Assembly (NCBI RefSeq): GCF_024700885.2
Contig: NZ_CP117016.1
Direction: 5' to 3' (one strand)
Origin: Escherichia coli
GTDB taxonomy: Bacteria; Pseudomonadota; Gammaproteobacteria; Enterobacterales; Enterobacteriaceae
DNA: 64,000 bases
This document shows, one piece after another, positions 41,424-51,730 of the stretch; position 1 is the stretch's first letter; the number at the start of each line of letters is the position of its first letter. The notes beneath the pieces are model-generated. The model saw nothing but the letters and a program-made list of their open reading frames with translations, had not been told where the DNA came from and made no database searches. A program made the translations under genes and the position numbers.

Positions 41424-42238
41424 TAGCGATAATTTTACTCATCATCCTTCACATCTGGCTCTGTAGACAGGATGGTGATCACTTCTTGAGTGAATCCAGA
41501 TTAAACATCTCATTGCTGATGCTTGATATTGAGCATCTTGCGCGCGGTAAGGGGCTGCGTTGAGATAAGGGCCAGTCATTACAAATACCAGGATTTAGCC
41601 TCGCATTCGCGGGGCTTTTTATTGCCATTACAAAAGCCACTCCCTACAGAGTGGCTTTGATAATGGCTTATACCCTACACGGGATAGCTTAACTGATATC
41701 CCTTTTAACGGATAAAGGTATTCAAGCCTGACACATCATGCGCTGTATCGTCGCCGTATTCCCGTATTAACAGAGACCGTAGCCCGACGGGGAACTCCTT
41801 CTGCGCGAGTGTGCGGGAATAATCAAAAACGATGCACACCGGGTTTTTACCGCGTTTATGGTTCGCGGGTTTGTCCCTCATGCTCGCCAGTCCTGTGCGG
41901 GGGTGGAAGAAACAGGACACTTACACAGATTCTTGTGGGCACGATGCTATGCCTTTCTGGATTATCCCGATGCCATTCATGCAAGGCGTTGTATCAGACG
42001 TTCGTCAGAGCTGTCAGGCTGACGGGTCCTCCCGGTGGGGTGGCCTGCCACGGGGCGGGAGCGTCGTGGAAAAAGGCTAGTTTTTGAAATTTCATTCGTC
42101 ATCACCACTACTATAATGTATTGATATTACAGTGATTTTATTTTTATGGTGTCGATTTTGATTGTTTTTTGTTCACCACTAACACCGTTTGCCTAAAGTT
42201 GTTCGCAAAATGCATGTTTAAAACATTCTGGAGCGGGT

Positions 42239-42733
42239 ATGGATCGAGAGTTAAAAAATCTGACGCTGAATATCAGTCAACTGGCGGCACTGTCAGGTGT
42301 ACATCGCCAGACTGCTGCGGCAAGGCTGCAAAATCTACCCGTTGCAGGGGGGCATGAAAGCAACCTCAAGCTTTATCGGGTGGTTGATATTGTGTCGGCA
42401 TTTCTGGCATTACCACCGCCGGTTGCAGAAGGCGAAATGGACGCGCATGAGCGCAAAGCCTGGTATCAGTCTGAACGTGAGCGTCTTAAGTTCGAACAGG
42501 AAACGGCGCAACTCATTCCGGCCAGTGATGTCAGACGGGAGTTTGCCATCTGGGCAAAAGCGGTCGTGCAGGTGCTGGAGACATTACCGGATATTCTGGA
42601 ACGTGACTGCGGTCTGCAGCCTGCCGCTGTGAGCCGTGTTCAGTCCATTATTGATGATCTGCGCGATCAGATAGCCCTGCGGGTGACCGAAGCAGGTGCG
42701 GATGATGAGGAGGAATTACAGCAGGAGGAGTAA
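42239..42733 (+). CDS. terminase small subunit
   Basis: 164-aa ORF with N-terminal HTH-like segment (NISQLAALSGVHRQTAAARLQ) and acidic C-terminus; immediately upstream of the large subunit with overlap. Confidence 0.7.
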   Translation: MDRELKNLTLNISQLAALSGVHRQTAAARLQNLPVAGGHESNLKLYRVVDIVSAFLALPPPVAEGEMDAHERKAWYQSERERLKFEQETAQLIPASDVRREFAIWAKAVVQVLETLPDILERDCGLQPAAVSRVQSIIDDLRDQIALRVTEAGADDEEELQQEE

Positions 42734-44835
42734 TGCTGGATCAGGAAACCGCAAAGGCAGCACGAACCGATTCAGGTTATATCCTTCGCGCACCGAGACG
42801 AATGCGGGTTGCTGATGCCGTTGCTCAGTATATGCGGGTGCCCATGGGGGCAGGGAACTCAGTCCCGTGGGATCCGCTGGTGGCACCGTATGTTATTGAG
42901 CCGATGAACTGCCTGGCCTCGCGTGAATACGACGCAGTGATATTTGTTGGCCCGGCACGAACCGGCAAGACTATCGGCCTGATTGACGGCTGGGTGATTT
43001 ACAACGTGATTTGCGATCCTGCTGATATGCTGATCATTCAGATGACGGAGGAAAAAGCCCGCGAACACTCCAAAAAACGACTCGCCAGAACGTTTCGCGT
43101 CAGCCCGGAAGTGGTCAGTCGCCTGAGTCCGAACAAAAATGACAACAACGTTTATGACAGAACATTCCTTGCTGGTAACTACCTGAAAATCGGCTGGCCG
43201 TCAGTCAATATCATGTCCTCATCAGATTATAAATGCGTCGCGCTGACGGATTATGACCGTTTTCCGGAAGATATTGATGGCGAGGGGGATGCTTTCTCTC
43301 TTGCCTCAAAACGTACCACAACATTTATGTCCAGTGGTATGACGCTGGTGGAGAGTTCCCCCGGCAGGGATGTGAAGGATGTGAAATGGCGACGGACTTC
43401 ACCGCATGAGGCTCCACCAACCACGGGTATACTGTCGCTCTATAACCGTGGCGATCGCCGTCGCTGGTACTGGCCCTGTCCACACTGCGGTGAGTATTTT
43501 CAGCCCTGCGGCGATGTGGTTGCTGGTTTCCGTGATATTGCCGATCCCGTTCTGGCAAGTGAGGCGGCTTATATTCAGTGTCCTTCCTGTTCAGGACGGA
43601 TTATGCCTGAACAAAAACGTGAGCTGAACGGACGTGGGGTCTGGTTGCGGGATGGTGAATCCATCAATGCGGATGGCAGTCGTTATGGTGATCCCCGACG
43701 CTCACGTATTGCGTCATTCTGGATGGAGGGTCCGGCAGCTGCTTACCAGACACTCTCGCAACTCGTTTACAAACTGCTTACTGCAGAACAGGAATACGAG
43801 ACAACCGGAAGTGAAGAAACACTCAAGACGGTTATCAATACCGACTGGGGATTACCTTATCTTCCCCGCGCCAGCATGGAGCAACGAAAAAGTGAACTGC
43901 TTGAGCAGCGGGCAGAGCCAGTTCCTTCCCGCAGTGTGCCGGATGGCGTTAATTTCCTTGTGGCGACAGTGGATGTGCAGGCGGGACGTCATCGCCGTTT
44001 TGTGGTTCAGGTAACAGGCTATGGCAGCCGTGGCGAACGCTGGATTATTGATCGTTACAATATCACGCAGTCATTGCGCGGTGACAGCGACGGGGAGAGC
44101 CAGCGAATTGATCCGGCCAGCTATCCGGAAGACTGGGATGTCCTGCTGACGGATGTTTTTCATAAAAGCTGGCCGCTGGCCTCCGATCCTTCTCAACAAA
44201 TGCGACTGATGGCAATGGCGGTGGACTCCGGCGGTGAAGACGGGGTCACTGATAATGCCTATAAATTCTGGCGTCGTTGCCGTCGTGATGGCCTTGGTAA
44301 ACGTATTTACCTGTTTAAGGGCGACAGCATCCGGCGCGCAAAACTGATCACCCGTACATTCCCTGATAACACCGGACGAACGGGCCGACGGGCGCAGGCC
44401 GCAGGTGATGTGCCGCTCTGGCTTCTTCAGACGGATGCCCTGAAAGACCGGGTGAATAACGCGTTATGGCGTGACTCGCCAGGTCCAGGCTATGTGCATT
44501 TCCCTGACTGGCTGGGGAGCTGGTTTTACGACGAACTGACGTATGAAGAGCGGAGCAGTGACGGGAAATGGAGTAAGCCGGGTCGCGGTGCCAACGAAGC
44601 CTTTGACCTGATGGTGTATGCCGAGGCTCTGGTCATTCTGCATGGATACGAAAAGATCCGCTGGCCGGATGCACCGGAGTGGGCGAGCCGGGAAACCTGG
44701 CTGGAGTGTGTCCCGGACAGTACCGAACCGTCACCCTCACCGGAACCGGTATCCACGCCTGTTAAAAAACAAAAACGGAAGAAAACAGTAACTGACGATG
44801 TTAACCCCTGGCTGACTTCCGGAGGATGGTTATGA
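42733..44835 (+). CDS. terminase large subunit (lambda gpA-like)
   Basis: 700-aa ORF; ATPase Walker A region VGPARTGKT and C-terminal nuclease domain; GGAGGAG RBS. Confidence 0.9.
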   Translation: MLDQETAKAARTDSGYILRAPRRMRVADAVAQYMRVPMGAGNSVPWDPLVAPYVIEPMNCLASREYDAVIFVGPARTGKTIGLIDGWVIYNVICDPADMLIIQMTEEKAREHSKKRLARTFRVSPEVVSRLSPNKNDNNVYDRTFLAGNYLKIGWPSVNIMSSSDYKCVALTDYDRFPEDIDGEGDAFSLASKRTTTFMSSGMTLVESSPGRDVKDVKWRRTSPHEAPPTTGILSLYNRGDRRRWYWPCPHCGEYFQPCGDVVAGFRDIADPVLASEAAYIQCPSCSGRIMPEQKRELNGRGVWLRDGESINADGSRYGDPRRSRIASFWMEGPAAAYQTLSQLVYKLLTAEQEYETTGSEETLKTVINTDWGLPYLPRASMEQRKSELLEQRAEPVPSRSVPDGVNFLVATVDVQAGRHRRFVVQVTGYGSRGERWIIDRYNITQSLRGDSDGESQRIDPASYPEDWDVLLTDVFHKSWPLASDPSQQMRLMAMAVDSGGEDGVTDNAYKFWRRCRRDGLGKRIYLFKGDSIRRAKLITRTFPDNTGRTGRRAQAAGDVPLWLLQTDALKDRVNNALWRDSPGPGYVHFPDWLGSWFYDELTYEERSSDGKWSKPGRGANEAFDLMVYAEALVILHGYEKIRWPDAPEWASRETWLECVPDSTEPSPSPEPVSTPVKKQKRKKTVTDDVNPWLTSGGWL

Positions 44836-45044
44836 ATCAGAATGATATTGAAGCCATGATTCAGCGTTATACGGAAGCTGAAATGGCGGTGCTGGACGGA
44901 AAATCCGTCACCTTTAATGGTCAGCAGATGACCATGGAAAACTTATCTGAGATCCGGCAGGGACGGCAGGAGTGGGAGCGCCGCCTTGCGGCTCTGATTA
45001 CACGACGACGGGGGCATCCCGGGTACCGGCTGGCGAGGTTCTGA
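44826..45044 (+). CDS. head-tail joining protein (gpW-like)
   Basis: 72-aa ORF between terminase and portal; size and position as lambda W. Confidence 0.5.
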   Translation: MVMNQNDIEAMIQRYTEAEMAVLDGKSVTFNGQQMTMENLSEIRQGRQEWERRLAALITRRRGHPGYRLARF

Positions 45045-46552
45045 TGGCAATTCTTGATGATGTGATTGGCGTTTTTTCACCAGGATGGAAAGCGGCAAGG
45101 CTGCGTTCCCGTGCGGTGATCCAGGCTTATGAGGCCGTAAAAACGACGCGGACACACAAAGCCCGGCGGGAAAACCGAACTGCCGACCAGTTAAGCCAGT
45201 ACGGGGCCGTGTCGTTACGTGAGCAGGCCCGTTACCTTGATAACAACCACGATCTGGTTATTGGTGTATTTGACAAGCTGGAAGAACGGGTGGTGGGGAA
45301 AAACGGGATTATTGTCGAGCCACATCCGGTATTACGCAATGGGGCCATTGCCCGTGATCTGGCAGCGGAGATTCGCACCCGATGGAGTGAATGGTCTGTC
45401 AGCCCGGAAGTCACCGGGCAGTTTACCCGTCCGATGCTGGAACGTCTGATGCTGCGTACCTGGCTGCGCGATGGTGAGGTGTTTGCCCAGATGGTTTCCG
45501 GGCGCATAAACAGCCTGACGCCTTCTGCCGATGTTCATTTCTGGCTGGAGGCGCTCGAGCCAGACTTTATTCCCATGACCAGTGATGAGAGCAACAGGCT
45601 GAATCAGGGCGTGTTTGTTGATGACTGGGGGCGTCCCGAAAAATATCTGGTGTATAAAAGCCGTCCCGTATCCGGACGGCAGATGGAAACCAAAGAAGTG
45701 GATGCAGAGCGAATGCTGCATCTTAAATTTGTTCGCCGTCTGCACCAGATGCGCGGGACGTCTTTGTTGTCCGGTGTGCTGATCCGCCTCAGTGCCCTGA
45801 AAGAGTATGAAGATTCTGAGCTGACTGCAGCAAGGATCGCCGCTGCTCTGGGGATGTACATCCGGAAAGGCGACGGGCAGAGCTATGAACCGGATGGTAA
45901 TGGCAGCAAGGATAAGGAACGCGAGCTTACCATTCAGCCAGGCATTATTTACGACGATCTGAAACCCGGCGAAGAAATTGGAATGGTGAAGTCGGATCGC
46001 CCCAATCCTAATCTTGAAACTTTTCGTAATGGTCAGTTGCGTGCCGTGGCGGCGGGCAGTCGTCTGAGTTTTTCCAGTACGGCACGCAACTATAACGGCA
46101 CTTACAGCGCCCAGCGTCAGGAACTGGTTGAGTCTACTGATGGCTACCTGATCCTGCAGGACTGGTTTATTGGTGCCGTCACCCGCCCGATGTATCGTGC
46201 ATGGCTGAAACAGGCTGTGGCATCCGGTGTTATCAGGCTACCCCGTGATCTTGACCGTTCTTCACTGTATACCGCGGTGTATTCCGGACCAGTGATGCCG
46301 TGGATTGACCCTGTTAAGGAGGCTGAGGCCTGGAAAATCCAGATTCGTGGTGGAGCGGCGACAGAATCAGACTGGGTACGTGCTGGTGGTCGTAATCCGG
46401 ATGATGTCAAACGTCGGCGCAAGGCCGAAATTGATGAAAACCGCAAGCTGGATCTGGTATTTGATACCGATCCGGCCAGTGATAAAGGAGGCAGCAGTGC
46501 CGCAACGAAACGACAGGAGCCGCAGCACACCGACGACCAGTCCGAAGAATAA
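45044..46552 (+). CDS. portal protein
   Basis: ATG at 45044 overlapping the W stop (TGATG) gives 502 aa; position between terminase/W and the prohead protease. Confidence 0.8.
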   Translation: MAILDDVIGVFSPGWKAARLRSRAVIQAYEAVKTTRTHKARRENRTADQLSQYGAVSLREQARYLDNNHDLVIGVFDKLEERVVGKNGIIVEPHPVLRNGAIARDLAAEIRTRWSEWSVSPEVTGQFTRPMLERLMLRTWLRDGEVFAQMVSGRINSLTPSADVHFWLEALEPDFIPMTSDESNRLNQGVFVDDWGRPEKYLVYKSRPVSGRQMETKEVDAERMLHLKFVRRLHQMRGTSLLSGVLIRLSALKEYEDSELTAARIAAALGMYIRKGDGQSYEPDGNGSKDKERELTIQPGIIYDDLKPGEEIGMVKSDRPNPNLETFRNGQLRAVAAGSRLSFSSTARNYNGTYSAQRQELVESTDGYLILQDWFIGAVTRPMYRAWLKQAVASGVIRLPRDLDRSSLYTAVYSGPVMPWIDPVKEAEAWKIQIRGGAATESDWVRAGGRNPDDVKRRRKAEIDENRKLDLVFDTDPASDKGGSSAATKRQEPQHTDDQSEE

Positions 46553-46565
46553 TTCCTGGTTCAGG

Positions 46566-48524
46566 ATGCAGGCTGGTCACCAGAGTGACGCGGATATTTA
46601 TATTTATGACGAGATTGGTTTCTGGGGGGTTACAGCGAAGCAGTTTATCAGTGATCTGAATGCACTGGGCGATATCACCCACATTAATCTCCATATCAAT
46701 TCACCGGGTGGCGATGTCTTTGAAGGCATCGCCATTTTTAATGCGCTGAAAACACATGGTGCGTCCATTACCGTTTATGTCGACGGTGTGGCGGCGTCAA
46801 TGGCGTCGGTCATTGCGATGGTGGGAAACCCGGTCATTATGCCGGAAAACACCTTCATGATGATTCATAAACCATTTGGCTTTACGGGCGGTGATGCGGA
46901 GGACATGCGCACCTATGCCGACCTGCTCGATAAGGTTGAGGCGGTTCTGTTACCCGCTTATGCACAGAAAACCGGGAAAACCACCGATGAAATTGCTGCC
47001 ATGCTGGCGGATGAGACCTGGATGTCCGGAGCCGAATGTCTGGCTCATGGATTTGCTGATCAGGTAACGCCAGCCGTTAAGGCAATGGCATGTATTCAGT
47101 CAAAACGTACAGAGGAATTTAAAAAGATGCCGGAATCCATTCGAAACATGATTACTCCGCCACGCAACAGTGCTCCACGCGTACCGGATGATGAACCAGC
47201 AGCACCCCGGACGCCAGTGCAGGCAGCAGCACCAGTGGTGGATGAAAACAGTATCCGTGCGCAGGTACTGGCAGAGCAAAAAGCGCGTGTAAACGGTATT
47301 AATGATCTGTTTGCCATGTTTGGCGGACGTTATCAGGCGCTGCAGGCTCAGTGCCTTGCCGATCCTGAGTGTTCGCTGGAGCAGGCCCGCGAGAAGCTGT
47401 TGAACGAGATGGGGCGCGAGTCCACGCCATCCAATAAAAATACCCCGGCTCATATTTATGCCGGTAACGGTAATTTTGTGGGGGACGGGATCCGCCAGGC
47501 GCTGATGGCGCGTGCCGGATTTGAAAAAACCGAACGTGATAATGTCTACAACGGGATGACTCTGCGTGAATATGCCCGTATGTCACTGACTGAACGGGGT
47601 ATTGGGGTTTCCAGTTATAACCCGATGCAGATGGTCGGTGCGGCGTTCACACACAGTACGTCTGACTTCGGTAATATTCTGCTGGATGTTGCGAACAAAG
47701 CCATTCTGCAGGGCTGGGAAGATGCCCCTGAAACCTATGAACAGTGGACGCGGAAAGGTCAGTTGTCTGATTTTAAAATTGCCCATCGAGTGGGTATGGG
47801 GGGCTTCAGTGCTCTGCGTCAGGTGCGTGAAGGGGCGGAATATAAATACGTCACCACCGGAGATAAACAGGCCACTATTGCACTGGCGACCTATGGCGAG
47901 CTGTTCAGTATCACCCGTCAGGCCATTATCAATGATGATTTGAATATGCTGACCGATGTCCCGATGAAACTGGGCCGTGCGGCGAAATCCACTATTGCCG
48001 ATCTGGTTTATGCCATTCTGACGTCTAACCCGAAAATCTCCACAGATAATGTAAGTCTGTTCGATAAAGCGAAACATGCAAACGTACTGGAGAGCGCTGC
48101 AATGGACGTGGCATCGCTGGATAAAGCCCGCCAGTTGATGCGCGTTCAGAAAGAGGGGGAGCGTCATCTGAATATTCGTCCTGCGTTCGTACTGGTACCG
48201 ACGGCGATGGAGTCTGTTGCTAACCAGGTCATTCGCTCCTCAAGTGTCAAGGGGGCTGACATTAACGCCGGTATTATTAACCCGGTGAAAGATTTTGCGA
48301 CCGTTATTGCAGAGCCTCGTCTTGATGATAACAGCCAGACCACCTTCTACCTGGCTGCGTCAAAAGGCTCCGATACGATTGAAGTGGCTTATCTCAACGG
48401 TGTGGATACGCCATATATTGATCAGATGGAGGGCTTCAGTGTGGATGGCGTGACAACGAAAGTGCGTATTGACGCCGGTGTCGCGCCAGTTGATCACCGC
48501 GGTCTGGTGAAATGTACGGCGTAA
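46566..48524 (+). CDS. prohead protease (ClpP/S49-like) fused to major capsid protein
   Basis: N-terminal ~200 aa has the ClpP-family fold signature (INSPGGDVFEGIAIF...VAASMASVIAM...MIHKP); C-terminal ~350 aa is capsid-like. Start assigned to the first ATG after the portal stop; weak RBS. Confidence 0.75.
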   Translation: MQAGHQSDADIYIYDEIGFWGVTAKQFISDLNALGDITHINLHINSPGGDVFEGIAIFNALKTHGASITVYVDGVAASMASVIAMVGNPVIMPENTFMMIHKPFGFTGGDAEDMRTYADLLDKVEAVLLPAYAQKTGKTTDEIAAMLADETWMSGAECLAHGFADQVTPAVKAMACIQSKRTEEFKKMPESIRNMITPPRNSAPRVPDDEPAAPRTPVQAAAPVVDENSIRAQVLAEQKARVNGINDLFAMFGGRYQALQAQCLADPECSLEQAREKLLNEMGRESTPSNKNTPAHIYAGNGNFVGDGIRQALMARAGFEKTERDNVYNGMTLREYARMSLTERGIGVSSYNPMQMVGAAFTHSTSDFGNILLDVANKAILQGWEDAPETYEQWTRKGQLSDFKIAHRVGMGGFSALRQVREGAEYKYVTTGDKQATIALATYGELFSITRQAIINDDLNMLTDVPMKLGRAAKSTIADLVYAILTSNPKISTDNVSLFDKAKHANVLESAAMDVASLDKARQLMRVQKEGERHLNIRPAFVLVPTAMESVANQVIRSSSVKGADINAGIINPVKDFATVIAEPRLDDNSQTTFYLAASKGSDTIEVAYLNGVDTPYIDQMEGFSVDGVTTKVRIDAGVAPVDHRGLVKCTA

Positions 48525-48547
48525 ACGTCGCAGACAACAACTCTGAT

Positions 48548-48567
48548 GGCCCGTAAGGGCTTTTTTT
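48548..48567 (+). terminator. hairpin plus T-run downstream of the capsid gene
   Basis: gccc-gtaa-gggc (GNRA-type loop) followed by T7; a second hairpin cagcccc-tgaa-cggggctg follows at 48579-48597. Confidence 0.45.
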
Positions 48568-48610
48568 GTACCTGAAATCAGCCCCTGAACGGGGCTGTGC
48601 GGAGACAGTT

Positions 48611-48934
48611 ATGGCAAAGAATTTTGTAGAAGAAGGAAAAACGGTGGCGATTGTTGCCAGTGCAGCCATCAGCAGCGGAGATCTGGTGCAGGTGGGTGAT
48701 GTTTTTGCGGTGGCACTGACCGATATTCCACAGGGTGAAACAGGCGACGGCCTGACCGAAGGTGTGTTTATGCTGCCTAAGCTGAAAACGGATGACATGA
48801 AAACGGGTAAGAAGGTTTATCTGAAGTCCGGAAAAGTTCAGCTGACTAACAGCGGCTCTGATCCGCTGGTCGGGGTTGTCTGGGCAGATGCCGGAACCAG
48901 TGCAGAAGAAGTGCCGGTAAAACTCAATGTCTGA
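48611..48934 (+). CDS. small head protein (DUF2190-like, possible head decoration)
   Basis: 107-aa ORF from ATG 48611 (GGAG RBS), directly after the capsid gene. Confidence 0.45.
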   Translation: MAKNFVEEGKTVAIVASAAISSGDLVQVGDVFAVALTDIPQGETGDGLTEGVFMLPKLKTDDMKTGKKVYLKSGKVQLTNSGSDPLVGVVWADAGTSAEEVPVKLNV

Positions 48935-49202
48935 TCCCTTTTCCCGGCTGGCAGCGCGTATGGATGCGATCACGGTCAGAAAGATGGGAAAGACAGCCTC
49001 GATTAATGATGTCGATATGACTGTGATCCCGGGAGAAACACTGGCAGAGCTGAATGCTCTGTCCGGACCTGCGGTCTCTCTGGTGGTGTTTTCTTCGGGA
49101 TACCGCCCACGGCGCGGGGATCGCGTTGTTTATGACGGACAACATTGGACGGTCACACGGCATGAACGCTTTAACGGTAAGCCAATGATCTTTATTGAGT
49201 AA
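48927..49202 (+). CDS. head-tail connector / head completion protein
   Basis: 91-aa ORF between head and tail modules; assignment by position only. Confidence 0.4.
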   Translation: MSDPFSRLAARMDAITVRKMGKTASINDVDMTVIPGETLAELNALSGPAVSLVVFSSGYRPRRGDRVVYDGQHWTVTRHERFNGKPMIFIE

Positions 49203-49213
49203 AGAGGTGTGGG

Positions 49214-49792
49214 ATGAAGGGGCTTGAGAATGCCATCCGCAATCTGAACAGCCTTGATACCCGTATGGTGCCACAGGCCAGCGCATGGGCGATAAACCGT
49301 GTGGCACAGAAAGCGGTCTCGGTTGCCACCCGGCAGGTTGCCGGGAATACCGTTGCGGGAGATAACCAGGTGAAAGGGATACCCCTGAAACTGGTACGTC
49401 AGCGTGTCCGGGTGTTTAAAGCCAGTCCGTCAGGAAAAATGACGGCCAGGATCCGCGTTAACCGGGGCAATCTGCCTGCCATTAAGCTGGGGACCGCCCG
49501 GGTCAGACTGACCCGGCGTGGTGGAAAACTGCAGTACCGTGGCAGCGTGCTGAAGGTGGGTAAATATCTTTTCCGGGATGCGTTTATTCAGCAACTGGCG
49601 AATGGTCGCTGGCATGTGATGCGGCGTATTGATGGCAAAAATCGTTACCCCATTGATGTGGTGAAAATCCCGCTGTCCGGACCGCTGACACAGGCATTTG
49701 AAGATGCCCGCGACCGCATCATTGCTGCGGAAATGCCGAAACAGCTGGGGTATGCACTGAAACAACAACTGAGGTTATGGCTGACCCGATGA
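49214..49792 (+). CDS. tail completion protein (lambda Z-like)
   Basis: 192-aa ORF, same length and position as lambda gpZ. Confidence 0.55.
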   Translation: MKGLENAIRNLNSLDTRMVPQASAWAINRVAQKAVSVATRQVAGNTVAGDNQVKGIPLKLVRQRVRVFKASPSGKMTARIRVNRGNLPAIKLGTARVRLTRRGGKLQYRGSVLKVGKYLFRDAFIQQLANGRWHVMRRIDGKNRYPIDVVKIPLSGPLTQAFEDARDRIIAAEMPKQLGYALKQQLRLWLTR

Positions 49793-50190
49793 ACCGACAT
49801 ACACAAATCCGCCAGGCCGTACTGGCACGCCTTCGGGAACAGTGTGGAGACAGCGCCACGTTTTTTGACGGGCTTCCGGCATTTATTGATGCGCAGGAAC
49901 TGCCTGCCGTGGCGGTGTGGCTGAGTGATGCTCAGTACACCGGAAAAATGACGGATGAAGATGACTGGCAGGCTGTTCTGCATATTGCTGTCTTCATCCG
50001 GGCACAGGCACCGGATTCAGAGCTGGATATGTGGATGGAGAGCACCATTTTCCCGGCTCTGAATGATATACCGGCACTTTCCGGACTCATCGACACCCTG
50101 ATCCCTCTCGGTTTTAACTATCAACGTGATAATGAGATGGCCACCTGGGCGATGGCGGAAATCACGTACCAGATCACGTACACGAATTAA
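49777..50190 (+). CDS. tail terminator (lambda U-like)
   Basis: 137-aa ORF immediately upstream of the major tail protein gene. Confidence 0.55.
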   Translation: MADPMNRHTQIRQAVLARLREQCGDSATFFDGLPAFIDAQELPAVAVWLSDAQYTGKMTDEDDWQAVLHIAVFIRAQAPDSELDMWMESTIFPALNDIPALSGLIDTLIPLGFNYQRDNEMATWAMAEITYQITYTN

Positions 50191-50195
50191 AGGAG

Positions 50196-50945
50196 GTGGC
50201 AATGACCACACCAAATCCACTGGCAAAAACGAAAGGTGCGGGAACGACGTTCTGGATGTACACCGGCAAGGGCGATGCGTTTGCGAACCCTTTATCGGAC
50301 ACTGACTGGCTGCGTCTTGCGATGGTGAAGGATCTGCAACCTGGCGAAATGACCGCTGATGCAGAAGATGACACTTATCTCGATGATGAAGATGCAGACT
50401 GGAAAACGACAACCCAGGGGCAGAAATCCGTCGGTGATACTTCGGCGACGCTGGCCTGGCGTCCGGGTGACAGCGGACAGAAAAAACTGGTTCAGTTGTT
50501 CGACTCCGGTGAAGTCTGCGCGTTTCGTATCAAATATCCCAACGGCACTGTTGATGTTTTCCGTGGCTGGCTGAGCTCACTGGGTAAAACCATTGCCTCA
50601 AAAGACGTGATGACCCGCACCGTGAAAATCAGCGGTGTGGGGCGTCCGTATCTGGCAGAGGAAGGCACTGAAACAGTGAGCGTTACCGGGCTGACGGTGG
50701 CACCGGCATCTGCCAGTGTAAAAGTGGGAGCAACCACCACGCTGACCTTTACAGTAAAACCTGACGGAGCCAGTGACAAAGCGATCAGTGTGCATTCGAC
50801 AGATCCACAGACTGCCACGGTGACCCTGAACGGGCTTGTGGCCACGGTGAAAGGCGTGAAGCAGGGCAGTGTCAGCATTGTGGGCATGACTTCTGACGGC
50901 GATTTTGTGGCAGTGGCTGCGGTGGCTGTCAGCGCCGCAGGTTAA
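50196..50945 (+). CDS. major tail protein (lambda V-like) with C-terminal Ig-like domain
   Basis: 249-aa ORF; C-terminal ~90 aa is a Big_2-type Ig-like repeat (VSVTGLTVAPASASVKVGATTTLTFTVKPDGASDKAISVHSTDPQTATV...). Confidence 0.8.
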   Translation: MAMTTPNPLAKTKGAGTTFWMYTGKGDAFANPLSDTDWLRLAMVKDLQPGEMTADAEDDTYLDDEDADWKTTTQGQKSVGDTSATLAWRPGDSGQKKLVQLFDSGEVCAFRIKYPNGTVDVFRGWLSSLGKTIASKDVMTRTVKISGVGRPYLAEEGTETVSVTGLTVAPASASVKVGATTTLTFTVKPDGASDKAISVHSTDPQTATVTLNGLVATVKGVKQGSVSIVGMTSDGDFVAVAAVAVSAAG

Positions 50946-50965
50946 CAGGACGCTACTCATCATTT

Positions 50966-50989
50966 GCCCCGGTTATCCGGGGCTTTTTT
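50966..50989 (+). terminator. rho-independent terminator after the major tail gene
   Basis: gccccgg-ttat-ccggggc hairpin followed by T6. Confidence 0.6.
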
Positions 50990-51002
50990 GCAGGTGGAGA
51001 AC

Positions 51003-51392
51003 ATGATGTTTCTGAAACAGGGCACGTTTAATTATGAAAAGCAGTCCGTGGTGCTCAGTGAGCTGTCCGGGCTGCAGAGAATTGAATATCTGGCGTTTGT
51101 TCAGCAGCGAACGGCAAAGTTTGATGCCGAAGAGGGAGAACTGCCGGAGGCTGAACGACAGATTGCTTTTCTGCGGATGGGGATGGATATCAATGCCTGG
51201 CTGGTTTCCCGCTCACTGTGGAATGCGGAACAGTCTCAGGATGTTGAGACGCTTTGCGCATCCGTTATTACAACATGGTCGTATGATGCCCTGGGAGCGG
51301 GGGCGGAGATGGTTCTGTCGCTGAGCGGTATGGGAGCCATTGAGAATGCCGGGGATTTGGAGCATGAGGTGCTGACGCCGGAAAAGTCCTGA
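51003..51392 (+). CDS. tail assembly chaperone (lambda G-like)
   Basis: 129-aa ORF from ATGATG at 51003 (GGTGGAGA RBS), immediately upstream of the tape-measure gene. Confidence 0.7.
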   Translation: MMFLKQGTFNYEKQSVVLSELSGLQRIEYLAFVQQRTAKFDAEEGELPEAERQIAFLRMGMDINAWLVSRSLWNAEQSQDVETLCASVITTWSYDALGAGAEMVLSLSGMGAIENAGDLEHEVLTPEKS

Positions 51393-51730
51393 CGCGGGAA
51401 ATGCAGTTTGTCATGCGGCTTGCCCGGGAGTTCCGGCGGGCAGACTGGCGGCGGATGCTGTCGGAAATGTCGGCCACTGAGCTTGGTGAGTGGGGCGATT
51501 ATTTCCGGATGCAGAGCTTCAGTGATGTGTGGATGGATGCGCAGTTTGCCTCGCTGAAGGCATTGATCGTGAGAATGGTGTCCGGTAGCAGTGATGCTGC
51601 GGTGGCTGATTTCAGCCTTTTACCGGAAGAGAACGGGATACCGGAGCGAACGGACGAAGAACTGATGCATCTTGGGGAAGGTATTTCCGGAGGTGTGCGT
51701 TATGGACCAGATAGCCAACCTGGTCATTGA
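51003..51730 (+). CDS. predicted G-T fusion product made by programmed -1 ribosomal frameshift
   Basis: The -1 frame is open from before the G stop through 51730; heptamer G-GAA-AAG at 51380-51386 lies 4 nt before the G stop, the lambda GGGAAAG position. Confidence 0.5.

Noticed and set aside
41430-42238. Non-coding gap between Rz and the small terminase with short ORFs (e.g. 41705..41920 minus), considered as genes or a cos site
   Set aside because: The short ORFs lack RBS and recognisable features; the region may hold the packaging site, but I could not identify a cohesive-end sequence by eye, so no feature was called.
42297-42632. 111-aa ORF overlapping the small terminase gene in another frame
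   Set aside because: Out-of-frame overlap with a well-supported terminase small-subunit ORF.
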